From contig CAXWPH010000005.1 in the NCBI GenBank assembly GCA_963666055.2, forward strand, positions 64,001 through 128,000: a stretch of 64,000 nt of DNA, read 5' to 3'. This document shows, piece after piece, positions 42,664 to 52,598 of this stretch. Made by a program: the position numbers and the translations under genes. Source of the stretch: Acidobacteriota bacterium (lineage in GTDB: Bacteria > Acidobacteriota > UBA890 > WLXD01). The notes beneath the pieces were generated by a model that made no database searches, had not been told where the DNA came from, and saw only the letters and a program-made list of their open reading frames with translations. Every line of letters begins with the position of its first letter. Position 1 is the first letter of the stretch.

Positions 42664-43665
42664 ATGAAGCGACCAAAACGGCACAACCAAATCCTGTGTC
42701 TCCTCATTAGTGCTGCGGTAATGATGGCCTTCCTCCCGGCTGGTAACCGGCAAGAGTCCGGCTATCAAAACCTGCGGGTGCTGCCGCCAGATATCGAGCC
42801 CGACAAACTCGGCGACATCATGCTGAACAGCTTGCTCGGGCTCGGCCTGCCAAGGCGCGACGGCGAAGGATGCTTGTACTGCCACGTCGGCGACCTGAAT
42901 ATGACGCGCGACACCTGGGACTCTGCTTCCGACGCCAAAGTACAGAAGCGCAAAGCACGCACGATGATGGCGATGGTGGCGTCGATCAACGACCACCTGG
43001 CGGCGCTAGAGGCACCCATCGATGCCAGTGTGCGAGTTGGCTGTGCCACTTGCCACGCCGGGCGCACCGATCCGCGTCCGCTGCCGGGCGTGCTGATGTC
43101 GACCTATGAGGAGTCCGGCATCGAGGCAACGATCGAGCGTTACGAGCGCCTACGGGAGCGCTACTTTGGTGGCGACGCCTACGACTTTCGTCCGCCGGTG
43201 CTGGCGCGTTTGGCCGAACAGATCGCCGCGACCAACGCCTTCGCCGACGCCATCGCACTGGCGAATGCCAACCTCGAGGTTTATCCGGAAGACGGCACCG
43301 CCAACCGCACGGTGTTGGTATTGCGACTTCATGAGGCCTACGCCGACGGCAGTGTGGAGTCGGCTCTTACCCTCGCCGACGAGCTTGCAACAGGCGACGA
43401 GGCGGCGTAGTTTACGTACCATACACTCGACTCATTCGGCTGGTCGATCTTTCACCAGCGCGGCGACGAAGTCGAGGCGGTCGCCATTTTCCGCAGCAAC
43501 CTCGAGCGCTTTCCGGACGAGTACATCCCACACGAAAGCCTGGCCGACGGCATGATCTTCACTGGCGAACCGAAGGCGGGAGGGGCATTGTACGAGAGCT
43601 GGCTCGAGAGGTACCCGGATCACGAGATCGCCCGCCGTCGGCTCCGGTCATTCAGGAGACAGTAG
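42664..43665 (+). pseudogene. Di-haem c-type cytochrome plus TPR-like protein with an in-frame TAG at 43408
   Basis: NLRVLP, CLYCH, KARTMMAM, CATCH; the frame stays open for 84 codons after the TAG. Confidence 0.8.
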
Positions 43666-43703
43666 CCCGGGGTCCAATTGTCCGGCGGCGCAGCCAACCG
43701 GGC

Positions 43704-43877
43704 CTAGCAGGCCGTGGTGAAAGTGTGGTGTAACCCTTCGGGCGACACGGGGTTGCGCGCGTATGCTGCGTCGTTCCTCGTCAACGATGGGGTAACCATC
43801 GCCTCCTCCTCTCTCCTTGCCTGCGCCTCGCAAGGCCCTGTCGCCAGGCCCACCACACTTTCACCACGGCCTGCTAG
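43704..43877. mobile_element. 174-bp MITE with 27-bp perfect terminal inverted repeats including CTAG
   Basis: CTAGCAGGCCGTGGTGAAAGTGTGGTG ... CACCACACTTTCACCACGGCCTGCTAG; no transposase. Confidence 0.85.
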
Positions 43878-46241
43878 TTGGCGTCGAGCGCTGTCAACGG
43901 ATCGATACGCGCGGTGCGTAGCGCTGTCGGAACGATCGCTAACACAGCCGTGCCGACGATGATCGCGGCCACCGCGGCAAACACACGAACGTCGGTCGCG
44001 CTGACCTCGTAGAGCATGCTCGCCACCACGCGGCCGAGACCGAGGGCACCAACCAGCCCGAAGCCGAGGCCGATCAGCACCGGTGTCACACTGCCACGAA
44101 AAATCAATCTGACGATGCGGGATGCGTCTGCCCCCAACGCCATGCGCACGCCGAGCTCCGGGATCCGCTGTGACGCCGTGAAGCCGACCACTCCATAGAT
44201 CCCAACGGCACCCAACAAGAGCCCGGCAACGGCAAAGAAGCCGACCAAGAAGGCCCGCACGCGCGCGCCCGCCACGGAGGCGTGCCGATCGCTCGATAGT
44301 TGGCGCACGTCGGCGATCGCCTGCTCGGGATCGATGCGTTGCACGGCCGTGCGCACCGCTTGCGTCAACGCCAGCTCATCGCCGCCGGCGGCCCGCACGA
44401 TGACCGAGGCTTCCGACCTCGATAAGCGGATTTGGCCAAACGGCACGTACATGGTCGGGCTAGGCGGCTGCGTCAAGTTCACGTGTCGGACATCGCTGAC
44501 CACGCCCACGATGGTGATCGCCGGCCGGCTTTGTCCGGAGGTGTAGCGGAATCGCTGACCGACCGGGTCCAGGCCTTCGAGGTACTCGGTCACGTATGCC
44601 TGATTGACGAGCGCCACGGGCGGCGCAGCCGCCGTATCGGTCTCAACGAGCCAGCGGCCGCCCAGCAGACGCATGCCCAAGGCCTCACCGTAGTTCGCCG
44701 AGACGCCCTCGAGAAGCGTCGGCGGGCCACTGTTCGCTGCCACCGGCTCGCGCCCTTCGACCCGCGAAGGGAAGTAGAGGCTCGAACCACGAAGCGGCAG
44801 GCCAGTGGTAAAGCCGACGGCTTCGACTCCTGGGACGGTTACGAGCTCGCTCTCCAGTTGGCGCATCATCATCCCGAGTCGTGCCGGGTCGATTACACCT
44901 GGCTGGGTGGGGTCGCTGTACTTGCTTGCTGCGAACGTCATGTCGAATGCCAGCGTTGATGAAGCGTCGAACCCGGCGTCGATGTTGTCGATGCTGGCGA
45001 GCGTGAGCAGCATCAGCGTGGCACCAACCAGCAGCACGAACACGAGCGCGGTCTCGGCGGCGGTGAGAGTCTGCTGGGCCCACGTGGCGCGGCGGCTACC
45101 GCGGCTGCGGCTTCCTGCTTCTCGAACAGCTGCCTCGAGGGGTAATCGCCAGAAGCGCCACGCGGGCAAGAGCGCCGCACCGCAACCGGCGAGAACGGCC
45201 GCCGCCAGCCCAAACACCACAACGCCGAGATCCAGCTGAATATCAGCGGCACGCGGAATCGCGCCCAGCGGACCGGCAACTCCCCAACGCAGCGCGCTCC
45301 AACCGAGCAGCAGGCCGAGCAAGCCACCGGCGAGCCCGAGCATGGCGCCCTCCAGGGTGAGCATGCGCGCGACCCGCCCGCGGCTAGCCCCCAGTGCCAC
45401 GCGTAGCGAGAGCTCGCGCCGTCGAGCGCTGACGCGCGCCAGCATCAGATTGGCGACATTCACCGCACCAACCAGGATCAGAAAGAGCGCCGCCGCAAAG
45501 ATCAGATACACGCTCGAGGCTACGGACCCGGTCATGGCGGTCTGCAGTGGCCGGACATGGGCACCCCAACCGTGGTGCCAGTCGGGATCCTCCACCGCCA
45601 GTCGCGCCGTGATGGCTTCCAGCTCCCGGCTGGCCGAGTCGGCAAGCGCTTCAGTTCGTAGCCGGCCGAAGACCCTCAGCCAGTGGTATTTGTAGCTCGC
45701 CATGCCAGGCTGCGCCGGCGCCGTATCGAGAACTCCGGCGATCCAGAACTGCTGCCGGCCCGGGAACCGAAGGTCGAAGCTCGGTGGCATGACGCCAACA
45801 ACGCGATGCGACGCTCCGTCGAGCCGGATCGTGGCGCCGATCAGGCCCGGATCGGCGCCGAAGCGTGATGACCACAAGGCGTGGTCGAGGATGATGCTCG
45901 GCACCGTCGCATCGCCGCGGTCGGAGTCGTCGAACGTACGCCCGAAGGACGGACTGACACCGAGCGCACGGAAGAAGTTCTTGGTAACGATCGCACCGTC
46001 GATGCGCTCCGGCCGCTCCGGCGTCGCCAAATTTCGGCGCACGCCGCGGCTGCCGGCCAACTCCGAGAAACTGCTGTTGCCGTCGCGCCATGCCGCGAAG
46101 ACTACTGGCGAAACACTGACGTCGCGATAGTGCTGAATGGTTTCCGACACCGCCATGAGCTCAGCCGGCTTCTCATAGTCGAGCGGACGAAGCAGGACCC
46201 CGCTGACGACGCCGAAGACGCCCGTACTGGCCCCCAAACCG
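43874..46241 (-). pseudogene. ADOP-type (MacB/FtsX) ABC permease, 3' part
   Basis: GASTGVFGVVSGVLLRPL, NVANLMLAR..RRRELSLRVALGA, ELGVRMALGA, IDPLTAL. Confidence 0.92.
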
Positions 46242-46249
46242 TCCGCCAT
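46235..46249. repeat. Left att junction: CAAACCG core plus TCCGCCAT half-site
   Basis: The 7-bp core recurs at 60309-60315; TCCGCCAT is the inverted partner of ATGGCAGA at 60301-60308. Confidence 0.85.
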
Positions 46250-46759
46250 AGTAATACAACGAAAGTATTTGTTCACAATAGTTTACAGGAACTTCTAGTG
46301 GACTATCACCTCACTATTCCCACCATTAAGTCTGGGAATAAAGCGAACTTCTCCGGACCTTTGGGGAGCCCTGAACACACCGAGCGCCGAGGCCACAATC
46401 GCACCCGGGGCTGCAACTTCACCACGCATCGCTGCCTCTGATTGCCCTATCTTCGGGTCGCTAGCACAGGGAGCCGACCTTCACCGGCGCGCCCGAGCCG
46501 TACCCTTCACCCGTCCTGCTCCTCCAGGTGCCCAGGGCACTGCCTGGTCCCATAGCGCCTCCAGGGCTTCGGTGTCGCCGGCAGCGCGGGCGCGTACGAG
46601 CGCTGCCAGGAGTGCCCCATCCATCCGGAACACGTCTGTGCCATAGAGAGGCTCCGGCGGCGCCCGCGCGCGCGCGCACGCGAGGCTCCAGGCCCGACGA
46701 AGTAGCACCCTGTTAAAAACATCGGCGGATCACGGATCGGCGGATCATCGTTTCGCGGA

Positions 46760-46967
46760 TCAGGCTCGGGGACGACGGCCCAAGTACTCCGAACGGCAGC
46801 AACGCAATATCGTCGCGCGCTTCCATAACTGGAATCGGGAAGACACCGGCGGCGACTGTTGCGTGTGCGGTTGCGATATCGGCCCCGCTCGCTCCATTGC
46901 CCGGACTTGCTCCCCGAGGTGCAGAACGCAACTGCACCGGATGCGCGCGAGGTATAGCCCGCCATGA
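46760..46967 (+). pseudogene. Zn-finger protein remnant without a canonical start
   Basis: Hand translation: RGRRPKYS..CCVCGCDIGPARSIARTCSPRCRTQLHRMR*. Confidence 0.5.
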
Positions 46968-47054
46968 TTACCGATGCGTTTGTGTGGCTCGTGATTTTCC
47001 TGATTGGCTGCGCAATCTCTATGTCCGGCGAGTAGCTAACACTCCGCGGCCCCC

Positions 47055-47078
47055 GGGGGGGGGGGGGGGGGGGGGGGG
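47055..47078. repeat. G24 homopolymer
   Basis: 24 consecutive G following C5. Confidence 0.9.
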
Positions 47079-47292
47079 CGACGGCATGCATGCTGCGCCG
47101 GTACCAGGTCGGTGGCCCTCCAGCCGCGGTGAGCTCCACTGCCTGATCGGTCACGGACAGCACACGCCGCAATGCGGCGCGCCCACCCGCCATGCGGCAC
47201 ACAACCAGCTGGCCTCTCTTCATGCAGCACGATAAGAGCTTAAGCTAGGAAGTCTCGGGTGAACCCCTAACCTACTGACGAGAGACAAGGTA

Positions 47293-47883
47293 ATGGCTAT
47301 CAGCAAGGCCGTTCGTGACGGACTCCAAGCAGAACAGGCGAGCGTTGCGGATGAGATGGCTCAGCTTGAGGCACGGCTGCAGTGGCTGACAACACGACAG
47401 ACCGCCCTCCGCTTAATCCTGGAACAAGAGGCAGCACCTCCGGAACAAAAGGCCCCGCCGGACACCGGATTACGTCGACTCGGTGTTCGTGATGGGGTTC
47501 GAGCGGTACTCAAGGAAGCTGGGGCGCTGAAACCTGCCCAGGTTACGCGGAGTCTGCGCGATCGTGGCTATCAGTTCAAAGGAAAGACGAAGCCGGGTGC
47601 GCGTGTCGGACAGGAGCTTTGGGCGATGGCCAAGTCGGGCACGCTGAGCAAGAACTCCGCTGGAGAGTACTTCTTGCCCGGTGAGGAACAAGACGAACCG
47701 GACACGGCTGCGCCACCACCGCCCAGCTCCGATGAGGATGCCTTAGCCGTTGTCCGGAACGAATCAGCCGGCGCAGGTGCGGACAGCGGTACCGAGGCAG
47801 TAAGGGTCAGGAGCATCGAGTTGACGGTCTTGAGGTCGGTGCCGGTGAGTTCCACCTCCATTCGAGCCGTCACTGCCGGGTGA
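47293..47883 (+). CDS. Coiled-coil plus winged-helix-like hypothetical protein; 3' end possibly chimeric
   Basis: Heptad N-terminus, then VRAVLKEAG.LKPAQVT.SL.DRGY..GEYFL. Confidence 0.55.
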   Translation: MAISKAVRDGLQAEQASVADEMAQLEARLQWLTTRQTALRLILEQEAAPPEQKAPPDTGLRRLGVRDGVRAVLKEAGALKPAQVTRSLRDRGYQFKGKTKPGARVGQELWAMAKSGTLSKNSAGEYFLPGEEQDEPDTAAPPPPSSDEDALAVVRNESAGAGADSGTEAVRVRSIELTVLRSVPVSSTSIRAVTAG

Positions 47884-48079
47884 TGGACCTTAGCCCCTTC
47901 GGCGGCGCTCAGGGTCCGGTGGCGTTTGTCTTTCACGACGGCGGCACGATGCCGCTCGATCTTTCCTTTCACTTCCTCGACGCCGATGGCGGTTCCGAAG
48001 TTACCCCGGAACTGTGCGCCGCCGAGACCGGTGGCCGCGTCCATGCATCTGCTCGAAGTCCGCGAGCGAGAAGCCGGCC

Positions 48080-48136
48080 TTAGGTTCAGGACCTAGTGGG
48101 CTTCGGCCCGTGGGGGTTCAAGTCCATCCTTGGGCA
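48080..48136 (+). other. 3' part of tRNA-Leu(CAG); att-site remnant
   Basis: TTAGG-TTCAGGA-CCTAG anticodon arm, GGGC-TTCG-GCCC variable arm, GGGGG-TTCAAGT T-arm, CTTGGGCA; no D-arm or 5' strand. Confidence 0.8.
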
Positions 48137-48170
48137 CTCGGTGTAACCACTTATAAAATAAGAAGATACC

Positions 48171-48202
48171 AAGGGGAACCGAGCATTACGTTCGGTCCCC
48201 TT
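48171..48202. terminator. Hairpin after the tRNA-Leu fragment
   Basis: AAGGGGAACCGAGC..GTTCGGTCCCCTT. Confidence 0.6.
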
Positions 48203-48409
48203 CCGCCGCTTTAGCGGCGAGAGTTAACAAACAGTTAACAAAACGGTCGCGAATGCGTCGGCAGCGGTAGTAATGATGCCGGTTGCCGACGGGGACATCG
48301 TACGCTCGATGCAGTGGGCCGACATGGCATAACAAGTTCCTTATCAAGCTTTGCCGACTCTCTCGGCATCATCAAGAACCACCAGGCTAGATCATGCCCG
48401 CGAACTTCC

Positions 48410-48604
48410 GCCGCCATGCGTACAAACGTCTGCGGGCTCACTCCCATCTTCCGGCAGATCTAGCGCACCGGCGTCCCCGCCTCCGCGCGTACGCGATCTG
48501 CTCGTCCGTGTCCCTCTTCTTCTTCATCGATCCTCCCTGTTCGAGGACCACGTTACTCCGATTCCGTCAACCTCCAGCTGGACCAGTTCTCGGGGTTTGG
48601 GTCA
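48410..48604 (-). mobile_element. IS3-family left end with decayed orfA
   Basis: TGACCCAAACCCCGAGAACTGGTCCAG end, then MKKKR.TDEQIAYA..EAGTPVR*ICRKMGVSPQTF. Confidence 0.75.
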
Positions 48605-48704
48605 CGACTCGGCCTGCAGTCATGTCCGCCCAGCCTCACTCTGCACCCCGGCGCGCCTTCCTCACTTCTATCTGGCGCCCGCAGCCCACATATCCCCGTA
48701 ATCC

Positions 48705-49227
48705 CTACGCGGCCTCGTAGGTGATCGAGAAGATCGTGTCCGTCAGCCACCGGCGGAACGACTCGTTGTCGCTGAACTGCTTGAACAGCTCCGTGTCGTC
48801 TTTCAGCAACGCCGTCATCACCCGCCGGAGCGCCTTGTCGTGCTCGATCCGCGCGTTCTGCTTGTCGGAGTTCTGCTTGGCGTTCTGGTAAGCACTGTCG
48901 GCCGCCACGCGGTTCGGGATGTCCTCCGTGATGAGTCGGTGGACGCGGTCGCTATCGGTCCAGGGGATGTTCCCGAACTGGTCGTTGAAGGTCTTGAGGA
49001 TGTTCGAGAGGCAGTCGAGTTCGGGTTCCGGCCTGTGACCAGCGCCGGTACCCGGCACCGGCTTGATCTCGGCGTCCTCGTCCATCAGTTGGACCTGTCT
49101 CGCTGCCTTCTTCTCGACCCGGTAGCTGTCCATGTCGATGAGCTCAAGAATGCCTTGGGACAGATCCTCTTGCACCGGTGCGGGGAGCTTCGGCACCAGG
49201 AAGTTCAGGAAGATAGAGAGCTTCTCC
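48705..49227 (-). pseudogene. hsdR: Type I restriction enzyme R subunit, C-terminal fragment
   Basis: EKLSIFLNFLVPKLP, IDMDSYRVEK, LSNILKTFNDQFG, LFKQFSDNESFRRWL; cut exactly at an IS end. Confidence 0.8.
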
Positions 49228-49885
49228 TGACCTGACCCCCCAAAACGGATCCAGAGGTAATCTCACGATCTGGGTCGAAAAGGGGAGGTCAGAATGCCGA
49301 CGAAGAGGCACAGCGCCGAGCAGATCGTGCGCAAGCTCCGGGAGGCTGAAGTGGAGCTGGCGCAAGGCGGGACGGTCAAGGATGCCTGCCGCAAGCTAGC
49401 GATCACCGAGCACACCTACTATCGGTGGCGGCGGGAGTACGGGGGGCTGAAGGTCAACCAGGCCAGAAGGCTCAAGCAGCTGGAGAAAGAAAACGCCCGG
49501 CTCAAGAAGCTGCTGGCGGAAAAGGAGCTCGACCTGTCGATCCTCAAAGAGGTGGCGGAGGGAAACTTCTGAGCCCGGCACGGCGGCGTGAGGCAGTCCT
49601 ACACGCGTGCCGCAAGGTGGGCGTTTCTGAGCGCCGGGCCTGCTGGGTGCTAAAGCAACCGCGCACGAGGCAGCGGTAGGTACCGAAACCGCCAGTCGAC
49701 GAGCACGTCTTGAGCGAGAGGATCATCCAGCTGGCGCGGCAATACGGCCGTCACGGATACCGGAGGGTCACGGCGTTGCTATGTATGGTCGGCCCTTTCG
49801 CCTGCTGAAGATCGTCGACGAGTACACGCGCAAATGGCTGGCGATCGATGTGGAGCGAAAGCTGAGCTCCGAAAGCGTGTTGTGA
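49228..49885 (+). mobile_element. Truncated IS3-family (IS407-group) element: left end, orfA 49294-49572, decayed orfB
   Basis: KRHSAEQIVRKLREAE..LKEVAEGNF, GGGAAAC orfA/orfB junction, HGYRRV, IVDEYTR. Confidence 0.88.
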
Positions 49886-50135
49886 GGGCGTCCGCCATCA
49901 CTGAGGTGGGGTGCTTTTCCGCCTGCATGTCGGCAAGCTCCTTTATGGCCTTCAGGTCGCCGTGGAGAATCGGTGTCGCTCGTCACCGTCTAGAGTCCTC
50001 GTCGTCGGCACGCATCGGAAACAGCCGAGCGCGGAGGCCCGCGTTATTGCCTTCTCTGGCATTGGGAAACAATCCAGGCAGCCTCTATGCTCCAAGGTTG
50101 CTCACCAAGTTCGGTCGTTCCGGAGGATGCGCCGG

Positions 50136-50933
50136 ATGCCACTCAAGCCCGAAGAACAAGCACGCGAGATCGTAGCCCACTCGATACCGAGAGATGAGGC
50201 AAAGTCTTTTCTCGCGCTGTGCCAGGACATCGCCGTCTTCTGTGAGCGCGAGCTATCCGAGTTCGGTGTCGTTCCGAAATGTAAACCGTCGGAACTACTC
50301 GTGGTGCTGTTCGCACGCAGCATAGAGCTATACCTCGGCGTGCTTAGGCTGGCATCCCACGGCCATCCAGCTGCGGCACGTATCGTGGCCCGCAGCTTGC
50401 TCGAAGCGAGCTTCTTCTTCCGCGCCGCGTACGCGGGCAAAGTCACGCCGGACGACCTGGTCTCTGAGCATGCGCGTTGGCGTGAGAAGCTGATGAACAA
50501 GCTGCAAAACCAATTCGCAGCCGAGTTGCGCGAGGGTTTCGTCGTAACAGATGAACTCCGCGACGAGATCGTTCGCATGTCCGCTGAGGTGGGCTCAGGA
50601 AAGCTCTCGGTCGAGGAGGTAGCGCGGCGCGCTGGCGCACACGACGAGTACCTGCTCGCCTTTGAGCGTCTTAGTTCTACTGTGCATGTGACCAAGCGGG
50701 ATCTACACCAGCAATTCGTTCGGCTACCAGATGGCGGCTCGCGGCTCGTCGTTATCTCCGACGATGTAGACGTCACCACCGTCGCTCTGGCCGCCCAGAA
50801 AACCCTGGTGATGGCGGTTGACGTCGCGGAGATGAATGGCCGAGACGTAGAGGCGGAAGCAGCGCGCAGCTCATCACAGGCTTGCAGCCCTTCACCGCAC
50901 GAGGTGAGCTGTAGCCTTATAGCAGGCTGCTGA
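50136..50933 (+). CDS. DUF5677-like all-helical protein; 3' end probably truncated
   Basis: GGAGG RBS, ARSLLE, SVEEVARRAG, Y...ERLSSTVH. Confidence 0.65.
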   Translation: MPLKPEEQAREIVAHSIPRDEAKSFLALCQDIAVFCERELSEFGVVPKCKPSELLVVLFARSIELYLGVLRLASHGHPAAARIVARSLLEASFFFRAAYAGKVTPDDLVSEHARWREKLMNKLQNQFAAELREGFVVTDELRDEIVRMSAEVGSGKLSVEEVARRAGAHDEYLLAFERLSSTVHVTKRDLHQQFVRLPDGGSRLVVISDDVDVTTVALAAQKTLVMAVDVAEMNGRDVEAEAARSSSQACSPSPHEVSCSLIAGC

Positions 50934-50937
50934 AAAA
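50920..50937. mobile_element. IS5/IS1182-like terminal repeat remnant
   Basis: TAGCAGGCTGCTGAAAAA resembles the MITE terminus TAGCAGGCCGTGGTGAAA. Confidence 0.45.
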
Positions 50938-51074
50938 CGGCCGCGACAGGCCATTTCGGGCTCTCGCATGGCGAACGGGTAGCCTGATTTGACTCGGTGT
51001 GGCAACGCAGTTACCACCGATGGCACCGCATCGAGGGTCGTTGGTTGTTGGTTGTTGTACCGTCACGTCGCCGC

Positions 51075-51725
51075 CTCAAGCGCTTCCTGCGAACCATTCA
51101 GTCGGCCCCGATTCGTGCCATCGAGATCAAGCCGAGCCAGGGCGCCAAGCCCGGCCTCGGCGGACTTCTGCCGGAGAAGAAAGTGTCCGCCGCAATTTCG
51201 GCGATCCGGAGCATACCCGTTGGCCAGAGCTGCGTGAGCCCGGCACGTCATTCGGTGTTCTCGGATGCGGACCGCATGCTCGATTTCGTCGAGATGCTAG
51301 CCGAGGAAACCGGTTTGCCGGTGGGTATCAAGTCCGCCGTGGGCGAAATTGACTTCTGGAGGCAGCTGGCCCGCCTGATGGCGGACACGGGGCGCGGTCT
51401 CGATTTCGTCACGATCGATGGAGGTGAGGGAGGCACCGGAGCCGGCCCGCTTGTATTCACCGACCACGTGGCGCTTCCGTTCAAACAGGGCTTTAGTCGC
51501 GTCTATCGAGAATTCGCTGAAGTCGAAGCTCATGACTGTTTCGTGTTCATCGTTTCTGGACGGCTGGGCTTTCAGAAATCTGCGGTCTTTTGGTCTGGGC
51601 TGCGGCATGATCAATGTGGGGCGTGAGGCCCATGATGGCCGTCGGCTGCATCCAGGCACAACGCTGTCACACTGGCCACTGTCCTACGGGCGTAGCCACC
51701 CAGAACCGATGGCTCACCCGGGGCC
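51075..51725 (+). pseudogene. FMN-binding glutamate synthase family fragment
   Basis: IEIK.SQGAKPG, DGGEGGTGA, GCIQAQRCHTGHCPTGVATQ; frameshifted. Confidence 0.85.
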
Positions 51726-51786
51726 TCCCTTGCATCGCTTTCGATATCACGGCGGACGGTACTGCTGCGACGGACATCGAGCACAT

Positions 51787-51985
51787 TGACCTGACCCCCG
51801 AAAACGGGTCCAGATGTAATCTCACGATCTGGGGCCATGACCCCACCCCGAAATCAGTACCAGTCAGAGGTTTAGGATTCGGTGTTCCGAAGCCTCCGGT
51901 TGCCAGCCCCTGGCGAACTCCGTAGGAGTTCGATCGTTCAGTGAGCTGTGTGGTCTGTGGGTATTGTAATCAGGCCTCCACCAGG
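51787..51985. mobile_element. IS3-family solo left end (51787) abutting a right end and orfB tail on the minus strand
   Basis: 47-bp near-copy of the 49228 end; TGACCCCACCCCGAAATCAGTACCAG at 51838; DYNTHRPHSSLNDRTP. Confidence 0.8.
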
Positions 51986-52598
51986 ATCGTGCGTGTGCGC
52001 GTCCGTTTGTTTCAGGGAGACGCGCCAGCAATCCAACGGGGGAAGGACCGCTCATTTGGCCATATTAATTTGTTCCATAGGGCAAGAACTTTGAGTTTTG
52101 CGAGCCGATTGAGGCTCTCTAAATCTGCAAGGGAGCGGGGACGGGTCTGATGTGGGCACGTTCGACGTGCCGGACGGACTCTCGGCGGTCAGTGTCTTTC
52201 GACACCTCGACGAAGCCCGAGACGCCGGTGTCATGGGGCGCTTCTGAAATCGGCGTTCGTTCCGACCCACAGCGCGTCGGCCTTGAACGCGAGGCCGAAG
52301 CCGTTGCTGCCGCCCAGGACCTGACCCCGGCCGCCGGGCGTGCAAGACGAAGAGTTGGAGGACTCCACGGGGCGCATGTATCAGAGGTGCGTCGCCAGGA
52401 CAGCTACACGAGCGCTGGGGAGTTCGAGAAGCTGCGGCCAGCGATCGGCGTGGTGCTCGAGGTGCCTAATCCTGGAGGCTGCTTTGCCGACGGGGCAGCC
52501 GGTCGCTAGCGCATTCGCCCTGCTGCGCCTGCATCGATAGCCGGCCTGGTCGCTTCAATTGGCCGGAGAATCGGATCGAGGGCTCTTATTCTGCGACG

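Noticed and set aside
42664-43410. Photosynthesis inferred from reaction-centre-cytochrome-like motifs
   Set aside because: Only two haem motifs, no puf or bch genes in the window, and such domains occur in non-phototrophs
47750-48044. Possible decayed integrase tail (ELTGTDLKTVNSML) on the minus strand
   Set aside because: Catalytic HxxR, H and Y residues are not recognisable
49890-49898. GTCCGCCAT at the IS truncation point, matching the element half-site
   Set aside because: No TGGC at the matching upstream position and no partner end found; a 9-mer can occur by chance
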